From a virus, in IMG/VR virus record IMGVR_UViG_3300027816_000081, positions 35,865-99,864 of that record: 64,000 nucleotides of DNA; one strand, given 5' to 3'. Below the pieces are notes generated by a model, which had not been told where the DNA came from, made no database searches, and saw only the letters and a list, made by a program, of their open reading frames with translations. Both the position numbers and the translations under genes were made by a program. This document shows, in pieces, positions 56,199 to 64,000 of the stretch; positions within the stretch are counted from its first letter, which is position 1; every line of letters begins with the position of its first letter.

Positions 56199-57262
56199 TC
56201 TGCGCTGTCCTCTTCTTCAATCAGAGTAGCAGCAGTCTTGGCAGTCTTAGCTTCAAACTCAGCCATGATTGTATCCAAACAACCATCATCGTTTGCTTCC
56301 CAAGCCTTACGGAACTTCTTGATGATAGAACCATCAAGCTTAGTATAAACAAGACTGTTGCCTTCCTTACTTACCATGCCCATTGATTCTGCCATGTCAA
56401 GCATACCCGAATAAGGATTCATACCAGTTTCGTATGGAATCTTAATCTGCACGGATTCGAAGGGCTTTGCATAGCGGGTCTTCATGACCTTACAAGCACT
56501 ACGAATACCACGAACGTCACTGACCTTGTTACCTGATTCGTCTTCCTTAAGCTTAAGCTTACGCATAGCTACCACGATAGACGAAGCATAGATGAAGCCC
56601 TGACCACCTGAAATCTTATCGTCAGGGTCAAACATATCCTGCGATGCATAAGTGTGGTTAGTAGCAACAAGACCGACGTTGTTTGAACCAAACATGTTTA
56701 CGCAGTTACGAACAAGTGCAGTCAATGCTTTGGGCTTACGACCCATGTCACCCTTCATGTCACCGGCTTCAAACTGATTAACATCAGTCGGAGTTAGCAA
56801 CATGCCAAGCGAGTCAATGACGAACAGAACCTTAGGCTTGTCTTCTTCATTCATGGCTTTGTAGCCCTTCATGAATTCGCTGATAGTCTTAGCAACATCA
56901 TCAATCATTGCCATGTTCAACTTGAGGAGCTTATCCTCAGCAGTATCTACACCAAGAGCGTGAAGCCAGGCTTCGTCAAGTGCGTTTTCGCTGTCAATCA
57001 GAACAACATAGATACCCTGCTCTTGAGCATGGCGTACTAGGTTGCCCGAACAGATGTAGCTCTTACCTGATCCAGACTCTCCGGCAAAGACAGTAACTTT
57101 ACCAAGAGGAATCCCCTTATTAAAATCTCCACTAATTCTATAATTGAGTGCATAATTACCTGTACTTACCCAATCGGTTGGGTCGTTAAATCCGATACTA
57201 AGGCCGTCAATCGCCTTAGTAATGTCCTTGCGGAACTTACTAATATCAAATGGCTTTGCCAC
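56195..57262 (-). CDS. uvsX: RecA-like recombinase UvsX
   Basis: STGNYALN..ISG, AGESGSGKS, IDSENA, IDSLG, TNHTY, SGGQG. Confidence 0.95.
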   Translation of the reverse strand: MAKPFDISKFRKDITKAIDGLSIGFNDPTDWVSTGNYALNYRISGDFNKGIPLGKVTVFAGESGSGKSYICSGNLVRHAQEQGIYVVLIDSENALDEAWLHALGVDTAEDKLLKLNMAMIDDVAKTISEFMKGYKAMNEEDKPKVLFVIDSLGMLLTPTDVNQFEAGDMKGDMGRKPKALTALVRNCVNMFGSNNVGLVATNHTYASQDMFDPDDKISGGQGFIYASSIVVAMRKLKLKEDESGNKVSDVRGIRSACKVMKTRYAKPFESVQIKIPYETGMNPYSGMLDMAESMGMVSKEGNSLVYTKLDGSIIKKFRKAWEANDDGCLDTIMAEFEAKTAKTAATLIEEEDSAE

Positions 57263-57274
57263 TATTTTCTCCTG

Positions 57275-57505
57275 TTATCTTACAATTTGTTTTAACTTAT
57301 CACCCGTTGAAGTTTTTTCAAGCACTTCGGGACAATTTTCTGCTAGTTCATCTAAGTGACTATCCCATGGATAATGACGTAGAATAGTTCTAGCACGGTC
57401 ACGAATGATACTTGGTACTCTGGGTGTTTTGCCAGGATCGCAAAGTTCTTCTAAAAGCTTTCTGCTTTGCTTCAAGGCTCTATATCTTTCATTTGGTAAT
57501 GTCAT
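57275..57505 (-). CDS. Conserved hypothetical (BPSL0761-like)
   Basis: MT.P.ER.RA...P.VP..IR..A...LRHYP. Confidence 0.7.
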   Translation of the reverse strand: MTLPNERYRALKQSRKLLEELCDPGKTPRVPSIIRDRARTILRHYPWDSHLDELAENCPEVLEKTSTGDKLKQIVR

Positions 57506-57518
57506 ATAAACCTCCTGT

Positions 57519-57543
57519 CAAATGGGGAGGACTAAGCCTCCCC
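57519..57543 (-). terminator. Hairpin terminator after SSB gene
   Basis: GGGGAGG/CCTCCCC stem, short U-tract. Confidence 0.65.
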
Positions 57544-57553
57544 TATCTAAGTT

Positions 57554-58552
57554 TTACTTAGACTGACGGGCGCGGATCATTGCAAGAATGTCCTGAGCCT
57601 TGTCGCTTGATGTGTCCGACTTAGGAACAACTACTGGATCAGTTGCAGCCGGTGCTGCATCTTCGTCCCAAGGAACATCATTGTTGACTGCTGGAGCAGT
57701 TTGGGTAGTGCTGGTTTCAGCAGTCACCGCTGGTTCGTCCTGTGCTGCTCCAGCTGGGGCCTCAAGTCCATAAGGACGATAGTAAGCGCCCCACTTATCA
57801 GGATCATATGCACGACCATCAACAGATGCTTCAAACATTTCCTTGATAACACGAAGTTCTGCTTCGCTTGGCTTCTTCGGTAAGAAGTCCTTAAGATTGA
57901 AAAGACCATGTGCTTCAATAGCAGCAAGTTCTGCCTCAGTCAACGGGGATTCCTTACGGGCCCAGTTAGAAGTTGAGTAGTCAGCATAACCACCCTTTGA
58001 AGTCTTCTTGATGTTGAAGTCAAGACCACGAGCGTAATCAGTTGGCAATTCTTCCAACTCAGGATCCATCAATGATGCCTTGATTACAGTCTGAATCTGA
58101 GGACTGATTACGAAGCGACGAATAGGATTAGCCGGAGTTGCATCATCACCGAGAGGGTTTGCACGAACGAAGCCCTGATAGAGATAAGAACGCTTCTTCC
58201 AATACTTGTTAGCGAGGTCCTTAAGAGTGTCATCCTTGTACCAAGGACGAACTTCTGCGAGAACGGGGCAGTTGTCGCCATACATTTCTACGCAAGGAAC
58301 CTGAACGATTACCTGCTTAGCATCTGGCTGACCCTTAATGCCATTGAACGGAAGCTTAATGATCTGACGTTCAACCCAGAAAAAGTCGTTGGTGTTGTCG
58401 GCGTCAGGAAGGAAACGCACTGTTGCAGTTGCGCCTTCCGAAATATTCCAATGTGGGTAAATTGCATTATCAGACTGAGTACGTGGACCGTTGTTCTGAT
58501 TCTTGTTTTCTTGGGCTGCCAAACGAGCCCGGATTTCTGCTAGACTTGCCAT
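57554..58552 (-). CDS. gp32: Single-stranded DNA-binding protein (gp32-like)
   Basis: VRFLPD, CVEMYG..CP, YW.KRSY, G.DF.IKK..KGGYADYSTS.W, acidic tail. Confidence 0.9.
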   Translation of the reverse strand: MASLAEIRARLAAQENKNQNNGPRTQSDNAIYPHWNISEGATATVRFLPDADNTNDFFWVERQIIKLPFNGIKGQPDAKQVIVQVPCVEMYGDNCPVLAEVRPWYKDDTLKDLANKYWKKRSYLYQGFVRANPLGDDATPANPIRRFVISPQIQTVIKASLMDPELEELPTDYARGLDFNIKKTSKGGYADYSTSNWARKESPLTEAELAAIEAHGLFNLKDFLPKKPSEAELRVIKEMFEASVDGRAYDPDKWGAYYRPYGLEAPAGAAQDEPAVTAETSTTQTAPAVNNDVPWDEDAAPAATDPVVVPKSDTSSDKAQDILAMIRARQSK

Positions 58553-58639
58553 TTTGTTTTTCTCCTTTTAAATGTGCCTAAGTTGAGCCTAAATGTGTTT
58601 TTATGTTTGTTGTTTGGAGACAACTTCAACACAAGTTAT

Positions 58640-58668
58640 GTTATAACTCATGTCAGAAGTATTTACAA
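58640..58668 (-). promoter_or_regulatory. Overlapping sigma70-like (TTGTAA-N17-TATAAC) and late (TAAATA) promoters for SSB
   Basis: Both motifs in the SSB upstream gap. Confidence 0.7.
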
Positions 58669-58671
58669 TAG

Positions 58672-58716
58672 AATTGGGTGCATAATATAATATTATATTA
58701 CACTATGTACCCAATT
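58672..58716. terminator. Long AT-rich inverted repeat after the 578-aa gene
   Basis: aattgggtgcata...tatgtacccaatt enclosing palindromic taatataatattatatta. Confidence 0.6.
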
Positions 58717-58721
58717 TGTTA

Positions 58722-60458
58722 TTATCTTTTGAAAAGTGCCATTTCTATGATACGAGCTAATTCTGGATCAATCTCTGTTGATTCGCTGGCACCAACTAAT
58801 TTACCGATATTGTTGTTCTTTACCTTCTCAGTAGGACCAAGTTGACCTACACGCTTTTGTTCTGGACCCAAATCTTCTTCAAGCTGGATTCCCATTTCCG
58901 CAGAATATTGAGGATCAAGTCTAATGTTTCCGAATCCATTATCACGCAATGTTTGTACTACTTGGTCTAAGGGAACTTTCGCCTGAAATATAGTATTTTG
59001 TATTCCCCATTTAGTATGGCGACCTGTAATACGAGTATCATTAACGTAAACTGCACCTTTATCAGTAACTTCTACATTTACCTTTTTGGTGCGGGCTTCT
59101 TCAACTTCTTCTTCTGCTACTGTTTGGGGTGCCATGCTGATAAAGTTTTCTTCAACATCGCCCTTGAATGCTTTGTCAAGAGTCTTTCTAGCATCCTTCA
59201 TAGCTTTTTTAGCAGCTAGCATCTTAGCAGTCTTATCTGGACCTCTTGCATTGTCAAAGTCACGCTTTGACCCGTGTTCTTTGTCCATTTCGTTTACATC
59301 ATTTGCAGCGTGAGGTTTACGATTACGCATTTCTTCTTCACGCTCAAAGTCTTCTTCTGATGGAATCCAGCTATCGTCATCATCGTCATCTAAATCATCA
59401 TCTTGCTTCTTCTTGAACGGGACAACATCGCCCTCGTCAAGTTCTAGCTTCTCATTGATAACGCTGTCTGCCCATTCTGCTAGAGTATCAATTTCTTCCA
59501 TTTCAGTTACTGGCTTCTTGAGTCTTGATAAGATTGGCATTGCTGATTCAATGCGAGGGTCTACCATTTCTTGAACGAACAAGTCATTGATTGATTCGTC
59601 AAGTTCGTCTTCCATTAGTGTAGGAGTCCAAGATTCAAAATAATTTTGATATCCTTTGTGAGTAGTCAACTTGTGTAGTGTTTCACGCAAGCTAGTATAG
59701 TGATTGATACCTTCGTTTACTAATTCTTGTGCTGATTCATTGAACTGACCATTACGAGTTGCACGAACAAATCCAGCCATCTTGTTATAGTCTTCACATA
59801 CTGACTTGATATGATTCCACTTGTCATCATTGGGTACGCCGCCTTCTGCGATATGACGAGCATATACACGAGCGATGCCAGGGCGGGTAGTTGGAGCAAG
59901 GAATCTTTCACCTTCTTGGTTCTCAAGGAAAATCTTAGCTACGTTACGATAACGCTGTTCACCTTCTTCAAGTGCGCGGTTATGTTGTAGAATGATCTTT
60001 ACATTTGGAACTGCGTCATTATAACTTGCTTTTCTACCCATTGGATGGTAGCTCTCGCCTAGCTTTTCTTTCATCTTATAGTAATCCCGTTGTCTCATAT
60101 CGTCGCCTAGACGATCTTTGTTTGACAATTCAAAACTTAATTGTCTACGTTGTGCCCAATTCTTTAAATGCTTTAAGAACCCAGTCCAACTATCGTCATA
60201 TTCTGCGCCCGGAGTAGTAGTGCTGGGGCTTTCTTGCTGTTCTTCGTCATAGTATACAATGACGTTAGCAGCATCATCAATTGATACCCATGCTTTGCCG
60301 TAATCTTTACCGTCTTTATTGAAAGTAAACTGAATAACATCAGCAGCCTGACTAGCAGGAACTCGTTGATTCTTACTGTCTAGTGGAACAGGTTGATACC
60401 CTCTTACTTTGAGAAGGTCGTATAAGTCGCGGTTGAATGATTCGTTGTCAGTGGCCAT
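58722..60458 (-). CDS. Putative virion (internal head) protein, 578 aa
   Basis: Late promoter; folded N-terminal half (EN..GERF..P, ARH..EGG...D) and acidic modular C-terminal half with X-X-E sites. Confidence 0.6.
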   Translation of the reverse strand: MATDNESFNRDLYDLLKVRGYQPVPLDSKNQRVPASQAADVIQFTFNKDGKDYGKAWVSIDDAANVIVYYDEEQQESPSTTTPGAEYDDSWTGFLKHLKNWAQRRQLSFELSNKDRLGDDMRQRDYYKMKEKLGESYHPMGRKASYNDAVPNVKIILQHNRALEEGEQRYRNVAKIFLENQEGERFLAPTTRPGIARVYARHIAEGGVPNDDKWNHIKSVCEDYNKMAGFVRATRNGQFNESAQELVNEGINHYTSLRETLHKLTTHKGYQNYFESWTPTLMEDELDESINDLFVQEMVDPRIESAMPILSRLKKPVTEMEEIDTLAEWADSVINEKLELDEGDVVPFKKKQDDDLDDDDDDSWIPSEEDFEREEEMRNRKPHAANDVNEMDKEHGSKRDFDNARGPDKTAKMLAAKKAMKDARKTLDKAFKGDVEENFISMAPQTVAEEEVEEARTKKVNVEVTDKGAVYVNDTRITGRHTKWGIQNTIFQAKVPLDQVVQTLRDNGFGNIRLDPQYSAEMGIQLEEDLGPEQKRVGQLGPTEKVKNNNIGKLVGASESTEIDPELARIIEMALFKR

Positions 60459-60476
60459 GTTAATATTTATGCCAAC

Positions 60477-62024
60477 TTAGCCCAAGACGGCAAAGAATGG
60501 TAACGGTGCAATCACTTCATCGTGGTCTCTAATTTGGCTTTCTAAATCGCCATGGAAGTCTGCTAACTGTGTCATCATACGCACTGCCAGGAGAGTTGAC
60601 ATTACTAAGTCATCTGTGTCTCCGATCTTAGCAGCGTAACTGCCGCCGCTGGCAACAAACGCTTTCAATTCGCTAATGAGAGAGCGACTATGTATGGTCA
60701 TCTTCTTTGATTCTAGCAGTGTTTTGAACTTAGCGCAAGCAGCTAGCTTAGGCTTATTAGAAGTGTTGAACCCTCTACGTCCTTTGCCCTTCTCAGATAT
60801 AAAAATGCCAGGAATATTTGACTCACCATACTCGTTGAGTGAAACAACCGCAGCCTCACCTACGCCATTATTTTCAATGCTGTAGTAAATGCTATTTGGC
60901 TCTTTTGTTATTTCTGAGATATATTTGCAAATCTCAGCAAGTAACTTAATCTGACTAGGAATATCAGTCTTATTGTGTTTCCATTCACCGATCTGTGTAG
61001 TAGTGCTTGCGTCAAATACTTGAATAGCAGCCGGATCGCCGCCTGTACCCAATGACGGATCAAGTGCAACTACATAAATTCTACCCTTTTCGGGCTGTTT
61101 ATACCAGCGAACCTGACCTAATCTATTGATAGGTTCAATGCCTTCAAGCATTACTAAGGTGTTTGGATTGATAAGTGTTTCATCTGCGATAATGAACTCA
61201 CAACCGATTTCACGATTGAATCTGTCTTCACCTAACTGAGCCTTCATCTCAGCAGCCCATTTCTCATCTCTGCCGGGCTGTTCGTGCCAGTATGCTCTGT
61301 AGGCTCTAAAGCCGTTGACGCCTAACTCAGTTGTGTTACCAAACTCGTCTTCGGTCTTGTTAGCCATCTTCCAGATAAGAGCGAATTGATCTTCGTCGCT
61401 GTTTGGTGTTGATGTAATGATTGCTTTACCACCAGTTGATAGCGTAGGAGTAATAGCAGTCCAGAATTCTTGTGCGATTGAGGGGCGAACGAACGCAAAT
61501 TCGTCAAGGTATAGTAGTGTGATAGACATACCACGACCTGTGTTTTCAGTCGTAGTAGCAGACACGATACGGGAACCGTTCTCAAAGTCAAGTGAGCCTT
61601 TGTTGTATGTAGTTACCCCGGCTTTGATGTGGTCCGGGCAGTTTTCATATGCATAACGAATACGCTGCATAATTTCTTGGGCACCGGTGTACTTGTGTGC
61701 TGCAATTAGAATAGTAGAGTCAGGTACGAACATGGCGTACCAAAGCAAATACCCTGCTGCCGATGTTGACTTACCTGACTGTCTAGGCATTAGACTGATA
61801 CTGAAACGATAGCGATGGTATGTGTCAATTAGTCTTTCTTGATATGGCCAAGGGTGATAGTTCATTGATCCTTTAGTAGGATGCTGAATCATGAAGAAGT
61901 TATCCATGAAGTATAGATAACCCGTTTCAGGGTCGCAGCACTTCATAAACTCACCAAGTTCCTTTTGGTTCTTGAATACAGTTTTCTTGTATGGATCCTT
62001 GATTAGTGTTGGTGTGTTTGCCAT
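60477..62024 (-). CDS. gp17: Terminase large subunit (gp17-like)
   Basis: PRQSGKST, YLDEFAFV, ITSTPN, F.RE..CEF, DPSLG.GGD, IENN, DDLVM. Confidence 0.96.
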   Translation of the reverse strand: MANTPTLIKDPYKKTVFKNQKELGEFMKCCDPETGYLYFMDNFFMIQHPTKGSMNYHPWPYQERLIDTYHRYRFSISLMPRQSGKSTSAAGYLLWYAMFVPDSTILIAAHKYTGAQEIMQRIRYAYENCPDHIKAGVTTYNKGSLDFENGSRIVSATTTENTGRGMSITLLYLDEFAFVRPSIAQEFWTAITPTLSTGGKAIITSTPNSDEDQFALIWKMANKTEDEFGNTTELGVNGFRAYRAYWHEQPGRDEKWAAEMKAQLGEDRFNREIGCEFIIADETLINPNTLVMLEGIEPINRLGQVRWYKQPEKGRIYVVALDPSLGTGGDPAAIQVFDASTTTQIGEWKHNKTDIPSQIKLLAEICKYISEITKEPNSIYYSIENNGVGEAAVVSLNEYGESNIPGIFISEKGKGRRGFNTSNKPKLAACAKFKTLLESKKMTIHSRSLISELKAFVASGGSYAAKIGDTDDLVMSTLLAVRMMTQLADFHGDLESQIRDHDEVIAPLPFFAVLG

Positions 62025-62042
62025 AGAACTATTTAGTTAGTG

Positions 62043-63665
62043 TTAAGTTATCTCTTGCCATTCTATGCTTGCGTACACATCTTGGTTAGTACCAGTAGTA
62101 GCCATTGTGATCACATACTCATACATTACCCCAGTAAATGGTTCTCTTTCAAGTTGATACTCAAATCCAAATGCTTCTTGTACCGGTGCACTACTACTTT
62201 GATTGCTTGAGTTAATAAATGATTGTTCAGCAATGTCGCCACTTACTAACGTGGCAGGTGCAAGATTGTATTGTACTGCACTATCTGGTGCACTATCTAC
62301 CCAAGTACCACCTGAGGTAATGGCTCGTTTAAAAACACGGTATTGGAATATGCTCTGTGCAGCCGGCACTAGTGAATAGTTGATAGGAATAACAACTGCA
62401 TCTGACATTGTGCTTTTTAGTCTTATTGCTATTACTGGTTTAAAACTTAGATCATTTGGCAATCTTACCGGAGCACTAAGCGTATGCGATGCTGCTCTTG
62501 GGTTACCTGAACCTGATAGCTGGAAGCCGCCCTCACTAATCACACTGGCACAAATCTGTCTCATCAAGCTTGGACTTGCGGTTGCACCAGTATTCGTAAG
62601 TTCACAACGCAATGGTAGTGTCGCAGTGGTCATATACGTAGTAGTGTTATCAGTAGTCGGAGTGCTTATCACGTTTGCGTGATGGAATGAGTGACAAGTG
62701 ATATAAACGCCGTCAATAATGAAGCCCACTCTAACAGTTCCTACGCCCAACCATTCAACGTCAATCCAAAAAATCTGATCTAGCGCAGGGTTTAGTGTGA
62801 TGCCGCTTGGGTTATTAGCCCCGCCGGCGCCATTTAGTCTGTCACCGTTCCATTGACTTTGCGGGATTCTATCTTCTACAAGTACACCTGTGCTACTACT
62901 TCTGATTACCATGTTGAGCGTAGTGCCGGCAACTTCAAAATATATTCCGTTCTGTGCTCCGAAATATCCGATTCTTTGGCGAAGATTTGCTTTGGGAGTA
63001 CTCATACTGAATGAAGAAAGAATCAACAAACTCTTACCTGGTTGGTATGGGAAGGTCTTAGTTGTTTCTCGTAGAACACTGTCTCCTGACCCTTGTCCTA
63101 CTGTAAGTTCATATGAACTTGAGTTGGCATCATACTCAACATCTGCGGTGCCAGTGATACTATTACTAAATTGTTCATGATCATAATATCGTGCTTGCGT
63201 ATCATACAGGGTGTATGGGTTACTAACTCTTAGTCTACCAAAAGCATCTGTCGCTTCCTGAGCAAATGATACTTGTGCAGTACCAGTAATAGCAACATTA
63301 CCTTCAACCATCCAAGGATCAGTGCCCTGAGTAACTTCAACACTGTTGTCAATATTCACATTACCAGTGACGTTTGCGTTGACATTACCTTCAACCATCC
63401 AAGGGTCAGTACCCTGAAATACAGTAACATTACCTGCATCTATGTTGATATTGCCACTGACGGGCATTGTGTTGCCAGAAACATCAATGTTTCCGATTGC
63501 ATCTACTGTAACATTGCTAACGATTACGTTACCTGCAATAGTAACGTTACCGCCCACAATGCTTGACCGCATGTAAACATTACCGGTTGTTTCATCCAAC
63601 CCTAAGGCTTGAGTGATATTGCGTAAGTACCAAGGGCTCACATTTGCTGGATTAGGCTCGGCCAT
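62043..63665 (-). CDS. Putative virion protein with duplicated QGTDPWMVEGNV repeat and lectin-like C-terminal domain
   Basis: Late promoter; DAFGRLRVS, YQPGKS, WNGDRL.G, IFWID.EWLGVG.VRVGF. Confidence 0.6.
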   Translation of the reverse strand: MAEPNPANVSPWYLRNITQALGLDETTGNVYMRSSIVGGNVTIAGNVIVSNVTVDAIGNIDVSGNTMPVSGNINIDAGNVTVFQGTDPWMVEGNVNANVTGNVNIDNSVEVTQGTDPWMVEGNVAITGTAQVSFAQEATDAFGRLRVSNPYTLYDTQARYYDHEQFSNSITGTADVEYDANSSSYELTVGQGSGDSVLRETTKTFPYQPGKSLLILSSFSMSTPKANLRQRIGYFGAQNGIYFEVAGTTLNMVIRSSSTGVLVEDRIPQSQWNGDRLNGAGGANNPSGITLNPALDQIFWIDVEWLGVGTVRVGFIIDGVYITCHSFHHANVISTPTTDNTTTYMTTATLPLRCELTNTGATASPSLMRQICASVISEGGFQLSGSGNPRAASHTLSAPVRLPNDLSFKPVIAIRLKSTMSDAVVIPINYSLVPAAQSIFQYRVFKRAITSGGTWVDSAPDSAVQYNLAPATLVSGDIAEQSFINSSNQSSSAPVQEAFGFEYQLEREPFTGVMYEYVITMATTGTNQDVYASIEWQEIT

Positions 63666-63699
63666 AAAAAAATACTCTCATATTGCTATGAGAGTATTT
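63666..63699 (-). terminator. Terminator hairpin overlapping late promoter and start region
   Basis: 13-bp stem AAATACTCTCATA-GCAA-TATGAGAGTATTT plus U-run directly before ATG. Confidence 0.8.
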
Positions 63700-63705
63700 A
63701 TCTTA

Positions 63706-64000
63706 TTACTTGATATCTAAGGGTCGTGCTTTAGTAGCAACAATACAATAGTATGTTTCTTTAGCCTTAGTAGTCTTTTCAGGGTCTTCTGGGTCGGGCA
63801 TGTTGAGGTCAAACTCAAGATTGTTGAAGTTGTCAATGTTGAACCCGCAACGAATTAACAATGCAGCCAACTGATTTGCACCAAAGATACTATAGTGATT
63901 AAGATTGAATTCGTGCTTGCGATCACAATCAGGTGCAGGGACTTCAATATAAATCTTTGCACCCTGCTTCAATACACGATTGTATTCCATCAATGAGAAG
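63706..64000 (-). CDS. SAM-dependent methyltransferase, C-terminal part (N-terminus outside window)
   Basis: FSLMEYNRVLKQGAKIYIEVP motif; frame open to window end. Confidence 0.75.
   Translation of the reverse strand, partial: FSLMEYNRVLKQGAKIYIEVPAPDCDRKHEFNLNHYSIFGANQLAALLIRCGFNIDNFNNLEFDLNMPDPEDPEKTTKAKETYYCIVATKARPLDIK

Noticed and set aside
38784-62024. Inteins or introns in helicase, UvsX, UvsW or terminase
   Set aside because: Lengths are ordinary and motifs contiguous
1-64000. Stop-codon reassignment or tRNA genes
   Set aside because: Core genes are full length in the standard code with tight packing; no cloverleaf or T-loop pattern noticed in the short intergenic gaps (tRNAscan not run)

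Overview
64 kb segment of a large, AT-rich, T4-related myovirus genome, almost entirely coded on the minus strand; the ORFs read intact in the standard code. Virion genes: two long Asn/Thr/Ala-rich repeat fibres, tail sheath and tube, gp54/gp48-, gp13-, gp14-, gp15- and gp4-like proteins, both terminase subunits and several likely internal head proteins. Replication/recombination genes: primase, gp41 helicase, gp32 SSB, UvsX, UvsY, UvsW, dNMP kinase and nucleases. Accessory genes: GH19 endolysin, peptide deformylase, MazG-like, HD/SpoT-like and Nudix hydrolases, PhyH dioxygenase, SGNH-like protein and HNH endonucleases. Portal, major capsid, family-B polymerase, tRNAs and CRISPR arrays were not seen. 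Most notable: (1) a ubiquitin-like domain protein translationally coupled to a tail fibre; (2) an acyl carrier protein whose phosphopantetheine Ser is replaced by Asp; (3) a 190-aa miniature DnaE core coupled to a 3'-5' exonuclease; (4) probable leaderless mRNAs from both late (TAAATA-N5-ATG) and sigma70-like (-10-N6-ATG) promoters; (5) hairpins that hide late-gene start sites in early read-through RNA; (6) head proteins built like protease-cleavable polyproteins; (7) a three-hairpin structured leader. All family assignments are by motif recognition, not database search.
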